Part shown: piece by piece, positions 11,082 through 22,189 of the stretch
How positions within the stretch are numbered: position 1 is the stretch's first letter
How the letters are laid out: the number at the start of each line of letters is the position of its first letter
NCBI GenBank assembly: GCA_004431415.1
Contig: QPMI01000439.1
Location: forward strand, 186,001 to 250,000
Direction of reading: 5' to 3'
Length of the DNA: 64,000 nt
Source: Cyanophora paradoxa CCMP329
Taxonomy: Eukaryota > Plantae > Glaucophyta
Notes under the pieces: model-generated
Database searches by the model: none
The model's input: the letters and a program-made list of their open reading frames with translations, nothing else
What the model was told of the DNA's origin: nothing
Position numbers and translations under genes: made by a program

Positions 11082-11279
11082 GTCACCCTCGCCGTACGTC
11101 CGTCACACCCGCCGAACGTCCGCAAGCCGTACCAGCTACTAGGCTAGGTTAGCGCTAGCGCTAGCGGGTGTAGCGGGCCTACTAGGCTAGTACTAGCGGC
11201 CTGACGTCGACTGTCACAGTGTCACACCCGCCGTACGTCCGTCACACCCGCCGTACGTCCGTCACACCCGCCGTACGTC
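11082..11279. repeat. 20-bp tandem repeats GTCACACCCGCCGTACGTCC
   Basis: Three near-perfect copies at 11221-11279 and two variant copies at 11082-11121, amid CTAGCG-rich runs. Confidence 0.9.
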
Positions 11280-11519
11280 GGATACGGATGTCACGGTAGT
11301 GACGGTACACGTTCAATATGTTGTTTTTTTGAGACTCGTGACTTTTTTCGAATTGCAATTGGTTTTTGACTGTTTCTCGTTTCTTCACGTTTTTTCGTGT
11401 TTTCTCTCTTTCTTTCTTTTCAGCCAATTAAAGAAAGTCGGTGGAAAACCTCGAAGCTTCGGCCCGGGAAGTCCTAGACTCTTAGGCCAGGCTGGCGGCA
11501 CCGGCAAGCTCAGTTAAAC

Positions 11520-12148
11520 TAGTAAGCGGTCCAGCCCGGCACCAGCGCCTTGCAGCGCCGCGGCCGCCGCCAGTCCCCGGAAAGGAGCGCACTGCAAAGT
11601 GGAAAAAGGCGGAGCACCCGGAGAAGGCACGGCTGAGGAAAGACTGCAAAAACGCGAAGGCCAGATTAGACCGGGCAGATAAATCAGGATCCGGACGCTC
11701 AGAGCAGGCAATAGAGCTAGCAAAAGAAGAGTACACGCGTGCGCAGCAAGCTTTGCGAGCGTACAGACCCCCAAATCCAATGGCCAACAACACCGAGCAC
11801 AGCCTTGAGAACGCTATGTCGAACAAGCGCCGGCGCCTCGACGACATACGAGTTTCGATGCGAGCAGAAATTAGCGAGCAGATGTTTGCGGCCCTTTTCG
11901 AGGATTTGAGCAGCATGGCTGCAGGAATGCGGCAAATCAGACATGATCTCGAGCTCAAGAGTCACAATATGGTGAGGAGATAGACTAGCGCGACTAGCGC
12001 TGGCGTCGGCGAGTCCGATGCACTAACGCTCGCGGCGCTTGCGCAGAGCCAGCAAGAGCACGATAGTAGCATGCAACATCTCGACGCGATCTGCAGTCGC
12101 GTGCTCAAGCTGAAGGAAGAAGTTGAAATGGAAGCTATCAAAATCAAA
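11520..12148 (+). CDS. Fragment of a spliced coiled-coil gene (boundaries uncertain)
   Basis: Open frame ...KARLRKDCKNAKARLDRA...ELKSHNM, then phase-0 intron GTGAGG(11972)...CACTAAC...GCGCAG(12046), then in-frame SQQEHDSSMQHLDAICSRVLKLKEEVEME and donor GTGCGT. Confidence 0.4.
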
Positions 12149-12453
12149 CGTGCGTGGCGCTGCGCTAGCGCTAGCTGTACTAATTAATGGGTTAGCCTAG
12201 TAGCCTGAGCGTCGCTAGCTCTGAGCCTCTGACTCTCGAGCTGAGTCGCGCGCGGTGCAGGCCTACTGACGTCGACGGCGGCGGCTTCAAATACTATGAT
12301 AGCCATCACTGAGTCAATGAGTCAATTGCAAACTTTCCCATGACTCCGATCCGCATCAAATTAACATCAGCTCGACTTGATGTACAAATGTAATTATAAT
12401 ACGCTAGCCGCTATAGCTAGCGGCGCTAGTACCGCGCTATAGCTAGTAGTCTA

Positions 12454-12643
12454 CTTTAGGCGTAGTTAAATTGCCGCGTAGTAAAATTGCCGAATTTGTC
12501 CAAAACCGGAATTGCCGTGGTATTAAATTGCCGAATCCAGATTTCTGCTCTATGGCGGGCTGAGCATTTACCTACCCCCAAAGCAATTGCCGTCATACTA
12601 AATTGCCGAATTATTTACAACGGCTAAAAAACTACGCCTACAG
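12454..12643. mobile_element. 190-bp MITE-like element with 14-bp TIRs and TA TSD
   Basis: TA|CTTTAGGCGTAGTT...AACTACGCCTACAG|TA (13/14 match); six internal AATTGCCG motifs. Confidence 0.65.
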
Positions 12644-13279
12644 TAGTACGTCGGCCTTGACGGCGGCGCTAGCTAGGCCAGCATGCTAGCAAGCCTGAAA
12701 TTTGAAGTTGCAGCAACAGCCTGGCAGGTAGAGAATTGAGAATTGCTAGAACTTCAGCAATAGAATTGAGAATTGCTATAGACAAATCTTACAATTGTAC
12801 TGTTTTTCAATATCATGGCGCAAACAAATACGAATATAACTCATTTTGCTAATTGCACAATTCTTGAAGTTGGCCAATGGCGAGCTGCCACGTTGGCCAA
12901 TGGCAAGCTGCCACGTCTGACTCGGCAGCTGGAACCTTCGGGGACCCAGAATTTAATTCTTTTATGTTAAATGCGAATTTTGTTATATGAAGTAGCAGAA
13001 CTTGATGGAACCTTCTTAAGCCGGCCAAATTGCAATTATTATCTTTCTTTCTGAATAAAGAAACACAACCGTAGTATAAAAGGCGTGCTCAGCGGCTTTC
13101 AGCTATCACACTCGCCAACTTGGCAACTTGGCAAGTCGCGGTCGCGGCGTACTATAGTAGCGGGCTACTAGCGGCTAACTTAGTAGTAGTAAGTAGCCTA
13201 GTAGCGGCGTAGCCTACTCGTACAGACTCTACTACAGAGTCGTACTAGCGCTAGCCCGGGCCTAGTAGACCACTGGGCC

Positions 13280-13964
13280 ATGTCGCGATCGGCAACCGTC
13301 ACAGAAGTTGCACAGCTGTTGACTGAGGTTCTGCCGTTTCCAGAAGAGATTTGCCTTCACATTACCAGCTTCCTGTGCGAGCCGTCCCACAAGCTCAATT
13401 TCGAATCCACATGCGCCCTTGTAAAGTACGGTTGTTTGCCCTGCTGTTGCGAGTGCATGGATTCTAGTATACGTTCTAGCATCCCTTCTCGCTACCATAT
13501 GTGTGCGTGTGCAATTACGTACACTTAGTACAATTTGTGCCTTGCCTAATAAAATCTATCAGATTACTGCCCTCCGTGCCGCTGGCGCGTCGAAGCAAGA
13601 ATGAACGTGTGCGAGCCGTCGCGCAAGATTCACCGTTACGGCGAAAAGGCAGCATGCGCCCTTGTCAAGTCCGGTTGTATGCCCTGCTGCTGCGAGTGTG
13701 CAGACTCTCGTCCTCTACAGGATGCGGACGTGCCCGACCGCCACAAATGTGCGTTTACTTATATAATGACTATATATCATTCTTTGCTGAAATGCTTTCT
13801 GACACCTATATATCGATATATCAGATTACTGCCCTCCATGTCGGTGGCGCATTGATCTTGAATTATTCTATAGCTATCAAATGATTAGCTATAGAATACT
13901 CTATGGCTCTGACTCTGACTCAGTAAGGAACAGTTCAGACTCTGACTCTGACTCTGATATATGA
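13280..13964 (+). CDS. Spliced 182-aa protein: F-box-like N-terminus plus two Cys-rich repeats (exons 13280-13502, 13563-13748, 13825-13964)
   Basis: LPFPEEICLHITSFL, then 2x CEPS...CALVK.GC.PCCCEC.D...YYCPPCRW. Each repeat has a phase-1 GTGCGT...ATCAG intron at the same position; splicing gives a continuous frame to TGA 13964. Confidence 0.65.
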
Positions 13965-14331
13965 CTCTGATTTGTGTGAGGAGCAGTTACGTTCAGCAGT
14001 TAGCTATAGGTCCACTAGTACTGTACATATTAATCTCGACGTTTCTCATCTCCAGAGGCCGCACCAGACCGCTCTGGGGGCCCGTACCGCTTGGGAGGTC
14101 GCCCCTGATAGCGCCTAGATAGAGCTCCCTCGATATTCTCTACTCAGATCCAAATGCACTCGCCCTCACGCCTTCCAATCTTCAAATCCATGCTCGTCCA
14201 TCATCACGCCTAATTAACACGCCTAACTGATCTCAGAAAAATCGCTAATTGATGACGCTAGAAGGGGTGGATCCCTGAAGGTAAAACCAGACTTTGGGGG
14301 CGGTCTGGTTTGGGGGGGGGTCCTCCCCTTT

Positions 14332-16427
14332 ACAACAGAGGACGAGGACGAGGGCGAGAGCGAGGAAGAGGACGACGAGGACGAGGACAATGAGGATGAG
14401 GACAACGATGAGCTCGAGGACAGTGACGCAACCAGCACGGCGAACAACGATGGGGAACAGGAGACGCCGTCGGGTGCGTATACGGGCATGCGTAGCTGTC
14501 TAGGAGTGTATCATTTCCTACGTGCAGCAACTGAGCAGAGGGCAGGAGACGCGACACGGAAGTTCGCCGGCACCAGTACTCGCTCCGGCAATACCCGATG
14601 CGGCTTCAAGTCTTCACAGCATTCTTCAAAGAGACAAAGGACCTCCGAGCGCGGCGCGGCACCTGTAGTCGCAGCCGAAGCAGGCGATCTTGAGAGGCGC
14701 TGGAACGATCTGCAAGACCGCGGCGAGGTGTGCCGAATTCCAATTCCTTGTAATCATTCATTTCTAATTTATAATGCCGCAACGTTAACTGCGCAGAAAA
14801 ACGCTGAGTTTTCGTTTGTCATCAAACTGGAGGGGCAGTTTTATGCCGCCTTCTTGCTCCAAAGTGCGAAGGTCGGCACTGAATTTGACGGCTATTCTTC
14901 AATCGTGTGCTCACTCTATCGCTGTGCAGATCATCTCTCCACCGCTGGCGTCGGAGGACGAAGCGCGGCGGTATTTCGACCGCTGCAACATCGCCTGGTA
15001 CGGTCCGGATGGCGAGCGTCGCTACGGCATGGAAACCAACTTCGCAGTCGAAGGTAATCATAAAATGCCTCACGATCAACTATTAATTTGCAATTGCCTT
15101 GCGCCAGATCTAGCTGTGAGCTTATTGCGAGCGCCGCATCAGAGTACGCATCGGAGCCGTGGTACCGGAAGCTCTTCACCGGCCCCGAGCAGCACCGCTC
15201 AAAGATCGGTGACAACGACCCGGACTGGAGAAAAGACATCGCGGCCGCCGTTCGGCGCACCGTCGCGTTCGTTGACGCAGAGCTCCAGGTGCTTGTATGT
15301 TTGTGTTGCCGCGCTAGCGCTTCTATCAAAGATGGCATGTTTGTTGCCGCAGTGCGCCCTCACACGTGTTCTCGCGCAGCTCAGCGGTCGCGAGCGAGGC
15401 GTGGATGTGGGGGCTGCGACGCCACCGTCGGCTGCCAGCGCCTCTTCGAGCTCAATCCGTGGCCATTGCGAGCGTGCACGTGAGGCGACGCGGCCCGCGC
15501 CCGTCGCGGCACAGGCGCAGCAAGCAGCTGTACATGTGGCAGCCGATCCAGCAGCCGCGGTGGACGGATCTGAGCGCAAGAAGCCCAAACCAGAGAGTGC
15601 CGAGGTGATCGATCTCGAAGCCTCTCCGCTCAAGCCAACCACGCCCCTGGCACCGGTGCCGGCTTCAAGCCCGGCCGCGGGCTCTCACAGCATCGACGTC
15701 GCCACCGCTGTCGCCGCAACGTCGACGCCCAACGCAGCCGCGCACACTTCGCAACCCGCATCTTCCCCAAACGCCGGGGCGGCGGCCCCATCCGCAAGCT
15801 CTGCCGAGGCAGCAGCTGCAGGGCCCGCTTCGACGCCTGCCGCTTGCAGACCGAGTTTGGTACGTTCGTTTGACTCGATTTCGGAAATTCTGAGATCGAG
15901 AGTTCATTATGATTTTCGCAGGTGCTGAAATGGACGGATCGAGAGACCCTCGAGTGGCTCGCTGAGCGCTTCGCTCTGACAGCTGACGGCCCAGCGTGAG
16001 CTGCTGTCATTTGCGTCTGTTGTTGAACAGGAATGAATCCTTTGAACTCGATTTTCGCGCAGATATCGCGTGCTGCGTCGGCTCGCGCTCACCGGCCCAA
16101 TGCTGGTGTTGCTTCCGGCATGCAGCCTGCGGCCGCAGCTGCTGAAGAAGCTGGCCGAAGAAATCCCGAACGCGGGCAACGAGGAGAGGGACGCGATTGA
16201 CGCCGTCCTGTTCTCCCTGGATCGCATGGCGCGCCGCCCTCCATCATCCACCTCGTCCTCCTAGATCCGCGTCCTTATCCGATCCATTCGCGCAGGTGGG
16301 GCGGCTGGTGCGGGCGGCGAGGCAGGCCGGGCTGGACGCGGGGGCGCGGGGGGAGCTCGAGGGCCTCTTCGGCGAGCGCCTCGAGGAGGCCACCGCCGCC
16401 GGGGGCCACCAGGCGGCCGGGCCGTGA
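14332..16427 (+). pseudogene. Host AP2-like/SAM-like gene copy A, 5' part removed or displaced by element 1
   Basis: Starts within the acidic exon (paralog at 38850-39025); has exons SEDEARRYFDRCNIAWYGPDG...ETNFAVE and VLKWTDRETLEWLAERF. Confidence 0.7.
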
Positions 16428-17679
16428 CCCTGCGATCGTTGCTGTAACGGGGTGGAGCTGCACATAAATTCCATAACTTTTGCACGGTACTGAACTGAAT
16501 AATAACGCCTTGTACACGGAATTCGAGCTGAAACTGATGATCGCGTTCAACGGCTGGGATCCGGAGAACGGTTCTTTCAATTTCAGCGAATTCTTTAAAT
16601 TCAGTGCATGGCTCACTGCGCGCGCAATGCTCGAGGCGCGGGCGCGCGGCGAGCTCGACCGCCTCCGGGACGCCGCCTCAGCCGGCGTTGGCGCTTGCGC
16701 GCAGAAGATCCATCATAGTATAGCTGGCTATGGCCCAGTGGGAGGCGCCGTCCATTATTCATGATCCACGATATTCTATACTGTGCATGAAACGAACGTT
16801 CCCCGAGGGGTAGGCCAGGTGGCTTGGGGCTCAGCCGCTGAGCGGCTGGGGGCGGGCAAGTCAGGGAGGCCCAATGCATATGGTGCCGAGACAGTGAGGG
16901 GGGCGGCGGCAAACTGAGGGGGCGGCAGATCACACATGTACATCTCCCACCAGCAAGCGGGCAAACTGAGGGGATTAGTACTGCTGTCCAACGGTCACGT
17001 GTGCACGAATACATATACAGCGGACTTCTTAAAAACAAAATCGCCGGAGGGGGACGGGGAGCTCGCGAAGGGGGAGGCTGAGGCGCCCGGTTGGAGCCTC
17101 GGAGGTGGCCGCCGGGCTGGAGGAGGGCCCGGGGCGGCGGGAGGAAATGATCATGAAAACATTGATCATAAGGTGAATCCGGAGGAAAAGTCGAAGGGAG
17201 GACCCGGGAGATTCAATGATGATTTAGAACTTTTAGCTATAGAGATATATATATAAGCTTTCCATTTTCGGCCTAGGGGAGGACGGGGAGCGGGAGCAGC
17301 TGCAGGCCGGCCGTAGGCCCATGTACAGGTCCCTGAGGGGAGAAATCTAAGCGAGGGCTGATTAAGTCCTCAACGTTCCATTAACTCTCCATTCCGCGGG
17401 CTCCCGAAGCGGAAAGTGAGGCCGGCGCGCCGCGGCCGGTGTCATTCGAAGCGCGCGCGTGAGGCCGGGGCTCGCGCCGTCGTCCTTATAAGCTTTCCCG
17501 GGCCCTGATCGATATCGATATCGCGCGCAGATATCGATGTCGATGAATCACCGCCCGCCTGCCGGCGCCGCGTCGACGTCGACGTCGGACTTCACCCGAG
17601 GCTTGACCGGCGGACCGCATGAATCGGCGGACGTGATCGCAAGTTCGGCTTCACAATCTGTCGGGGCCCGCATGCGTGG

Positions 17680-20600
17680 CCATGGTGGCCGCGGCTCCGC
17701 GGCGTCCCAAGCAAGCTTATACGTACGCATGGCTCCCAAATGCATATGAATAGTTGCATTTGGAACTGTGCATATCGATATCGCTCTTGCGCTATCGATA
17801 TCCACGTTCTCCGCCCCTTGCGCTCTTCGCTCTTTAGCTATAGATATCATCCTCCGGATCCGGGATCCTTTGCGCCACGCCGTTCGTGTGCTAAAAAATA
17901 GAATTTAGAGCGGCATATATACACGTGCACCCGCAGTCGCGAAAATGGCCACCATCACGCCGGGGTCACGATCTATCTCGTACTAAACCCAGTATGGCCG
18001 CAGTAAGCTTTTAATTAATTAAGCATCTCTGGGCCGCAGGTCGACGTCCATGAAGGGCCGCACGATCATCAGGAGGCATTCGCAGTGGGCGCACGTACTC
18101 TCGTCGGAATTGAGAAGAAATCGTGTGGCAAATTCGTCGGGAGATTCAATTGGCGGGCGCAAAAGGTGCGCGAAGGCTCTTAAGCTTGTCATCACATGTA
18201 CAGTTGCGGTGTACACACGTGCGTAAATGTCGTTACAAAACTATGCGCAGATTCGGACAACGAAGTATACGGTTAAATCCGTAAGCTTCAGTTTAAAATT
18301 GTAGGTCGATCGAGACTCCATCTCACTACCAGGATCCAGGAAGCCGCCAGAGCCCGGGATCGCCTCGCAATAATTTGCGATCACGTTGACGAGAAGACTG
18401 GACGCCGGCGACGCCTGTCAGCAGACATCCTGAATTATCCGCGCTCTGGTAGGCTCATTGGTAGATATGTTCGCTAAATGTTCGCTCGTGCAAACCAAGA
18501 TTTTTCTTGCAGACTACGAGGGGGATCCATTCTACGCCGCCCTGCAGCGCGGCGAGCTTGACCGCGAGCTGCCGGTGACGGGGGCGCCGGGCGAAGATGA
18601 CCTTCGGGAAATCGTGTTCAGCTTCCTCGAGCAGCACGCGCCCGGAAGCAAGCCCTCACGCCGAAAGGTCTCTGATTGATCTTGAATACTGTGTTAGGAA
18701 CTGGCAGAATACACAGAATATGTTGCAATTGACATTATTAATTGGATGCAGGTCGATTTCCATGAAAAGCTACGAGAGAAACAACGAGCGCCGGGTACTT
18801 TCGTAGGGACCGCGAAAACGAACACAACTAGTACTATCAGCAAGTTCGTAGGTAGATTCTACTGGCGCAAGGAATTCGTGCGAAGGCTATTCTCAGCTCC
18901 ATAATCATCACATGCATGCCCAGACGTCGAGCTAATGCTATTATTTTTACAGGTGCGGACTACATCAATTGCAATGGAAGCTGTTCGTTCAAGCTGGAAT
19001 CTCGATTTTTGCTCTAACCGCTTGTCTTGATTCGCCTCTTTGAATTTCAGGAAGCCGCTAGAGCCCGGGACCGCTTTGCAATCATTTGCGATTACGTCGA
19101 CGAGAAGACTGGTTTCCCGCCGCAGCAACGACTGCATAGAGACATTCTGAACTTCCCTTTCTCAGGTGGGTCTAAATCTTCTCTTTCTTCCTCAATAATT
19201 ACATACATTTATTTTCTCGATGATCACGGAATCTTGTTATTATATAATATGCTCGATCTGCAGATTACGAGGCTGAGGAATTTTACGCCGCCCTCCAGCG
19301 GGGCGAGCTCGATGTTCCCTTCGACGGTACACTCAATGCTAAGGGCTACCTTTACGAAAGCGTCTATCCTTTCCTCGAGAAATTCGCGCACGGCGGTCGC
19401 CAAGCTATCCGGAAAAAGGTATCTGTCGTGGTTCGCATTTTGTCGTGAATGTGTCGGTTACTATAAAAACCAATTAATGGACGGGCACAGGCGTCCGCGG
19501 CCGCCACCCGGACGAAATCAGGATCCCGAGTCCAGAAGACAAAGAAGGATGATCTTTATTCGGATGAAGTTGAAAGGGAGGAGGAGCCCGAGCTCGAAAA
19601 CGAAAACGAGGAGGACGAGGACGATGGGGACAACGATGCAGAAGAGGCTGCAGCTGGTGTGTGCCGGTTCACTCTTCTAGATCTAAGTTTTATCGTATAT
19701 CATTGGTTTTCGTTAGTTCACTATAGCGATCTAGACCTAGAATTTATCATGGGCCACGTGCAGCAACTGAGCAGAGGGCGGGGGCAGCGAAGCGGAAGGC
19801 CGCCGGCACCAGCCTAGGCAATACCCGAAGCAGCTTCGAATTCGAGTCTTCACAGCGGTCTTCAAAAAGACGAAGGACCTCCTATCGATATCGCAAGCGC
19901 GGCGCGGCGCCTGTAGTCGCAGCCGAAGCAGGCGACCTGGAGAGGCGCTGGAACGATCTGCATGACCGCGGCGAGGTGTGCCGAACGATATTTACGTTTT
20001 GTGTTTCTGATGCCGCTGGCTGCGCAGGAAATCGCTGAGTTTGTCATCAAACAGGATGGGCGGTTTTATGCCGCCTTCTTGCTTGAGAGTGTGAAGGTTG
20101 GCAACTTGATTTGATGTCGATTGCCATTTCTCAATCGTGTGCTCAAAATCTGCAGATCATTTCTCCACCGCTGGCGTCGGAGGACGAAGCGCGGCGTTAT
20201 TTCGACCGCTGCAACATCGCCTGGTACGGTCCGGATGGCGAGCGTCGCTACGGCGTGGAAATCAACTTCGCAGACGAAGGTAATCATAAACAATGCCTCA
20301 CGATCAACATAATTAATAATGTATATAAAAGATTTGCAATTGCCTTGCACCAGATCTAGTCCTAAGCTAAATGCGAGCGCCGCCTCAGAGTACGGATCGG
20401 AGCCGTGGTATTGGAAGCTCTTCACCGGCCCCGAGGAGCACCGCTTAAAGATCGGTGACAACGACCCGGACTGGAACAAGGACATCGCGGCCGCCGTTAG
20501 ACGCACAGTCGCCTTTGTCGACGCCGAGCTCCAGGTACCGGTGCTTGCACGCTTGTTTTGCCCCGCCTCTATTAGAGATGGCATGTTTGTTGAACCCTCA

Positions 20601-21778
20601 CACGTGTTCTCGCGCAGCTCGGCGAGCGAGGCGCGGCCATGGGGGCTGCGACGCCACAGTCGGCTGCCAGCGCCTCTTCGAGCTCACTCGGGGGCAACTG
20701 CAAGCGCGAGTCAACGCGGCCTGCGCCCGTCGCGGCACAGGCACAGCAAGCAGCTGTGGCAGCCGCCGCAGCCGCCGTGGTGGACGAATCTGAGCGCAAA
20801 AAGCCCAAACGGGAGAGGGCCGAGGTGATCGATCTCGAGGCGTCTCCGCTGAAGGCGACCGCGCCCCTGGCACCGGTGCCGGCCTCCAGCCCGGCCGCGG
20901 GCTCTCACAGCGTCAACGTCGCCACCGCCGCCGCCGCCGCCGCCACGCCGGCACCAAACGCAGCCGCTCACACTACGCACGCCCCAATCGCCCTGGGCAC
21001 CGGGGCCGCGACCCCATCCGCAAGCTCTGCCGAGGCAGCGCTAGCAGCTCCAAAGCCCCCTAGGCCTGCAGCGCCTGTGTATACCGCTCCAAACCCGACT
21101 TTGGTATGTTCCTTTGATTCGATCTCGGAAATGAATCGTTTATCTTGAGAGTTCTCCTTGCGTGTGCATGAAACGCGCCTAAAATCAATTCATGATCAAC
21201 TCTGATTTTCGCAGGTGCTGAAATGGACGGATCGAGAGACCCTCGCGTGGCTCGCTGAGCGCTTCGCTCTGACAGCCGACGGCCCAGCGTGAGCTGTTGT
21301 CACTCTCTTTCGTGTTGAACAAGAATGAATCCTTGGATTATAACTGCGCAGATACCGCGTGCTGCGTCGGCTGGCGCTCACGGGCCCGCTGCTCCTGCTG
21401 CGCCCGGCCTGCTTCCTGCGGCGGCACCTGCTGGAGGCGCTGAAGGAAGAGATCTCGAGCGAGCTCGCGATCGTCCTCGCCTCGCTCGACGTCATGGTGC
21501 GGGCCCCTACAAATTCAAGCGCCGGTCTCGTGGCCTACAGAGCGCTGCGCCCTCGGGCTGAGCGGGCCGGGCTGGCGCCTCGGGCCGGGCGAGGGGCGCA
21601 GGTGGAGCTGCTGGTGGAGGAGGCGCGGGAGGGGCCGCTCGAGGCGCGGGCGCGCGGCGAGCTCGACCGCCTCCTCGCCCGCCGCACACGGGAGGCCGCC
21701 GCCGGCACGCGGGCGCGTGCCGGCGAGTCGACATCGGCGAGCGCGGGAGGAGAGGAAGGGGTGCCCGGCGGGATGTGA
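17680..21778 (+). CDS. Host multi-exon gene copy B: three AP2/ERF-like domains, acidic tract, C-terminal SAM-like domain (start approximate)
   Basis: EAARARDRLAII...LNYP (18341), EAARARDRFAII...LNFP (19051), DEARRYFDR...INFADE (~20160-20280), VLKWTDRETLAWL (~21215). Confidence 0.65.
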
Positions 21779-22189
21779 CATGACGATCCGGAGGATTCCA
21801 TATGTACGCCGATCTAATCCATCTAAGATTCTCCTCTCAAGATTCCTTCATTCCCCATCATGGCATTCCTTCTTCGAGTTTCCTTCTCCCCTTAAATCTG
21901 AAATCAAAGGAGAAATATGTGGAGGGGATCAATAAACGTGAGAAGTTGGGAAAGTCTGAAGCAGCCTGAGGATCCACTAGATCGCATTCCGAGATCCGAC
22001 CCTTCGATCGGGCAATCGCGCTCGCGATCGATTCCGAAGCGCGCAAGCGCGCTTGTCAACTTCGATCATGAGCGTGCGTGGCTCAATCGGAAGTCGCCGA
22101 TAAACATTAAATACTGCGCGCGGCTTGCGGCTTCGTGTGCGCGTTGCGCCTTGCAATTGGCTTTCCCTGATCCCGAAGCACATGTATAG

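Larger units (their letters stand above)
1..14331. mobile_element. Endogenous Polinton-like virus / Maverick-type element 1 (left end outside window; right end inferred)
   Basis: Intronless, densely packed cluster of penton-like x2, MCP, A32 ATPase, rve integrase and pPolB (1-10917). The right end is inferred at GGTCCTCCCCTTT (14331), which resembles the element 2 terminus GGTCCTCTCTCATTTTTT and abuts a truncated host acidic exon. Whether 11300-14000 belongs to the element is less certain. Confidence 0.8.

Noticed and set aside
16430-17540. Spacer between gene copies A and B as a separate transposon or gene
   Set aside because: Contains a short duplicate of the last exon (EARARGELDRL) and G-rich runs, but I could not find TIRs, a TSD or a protein motif.
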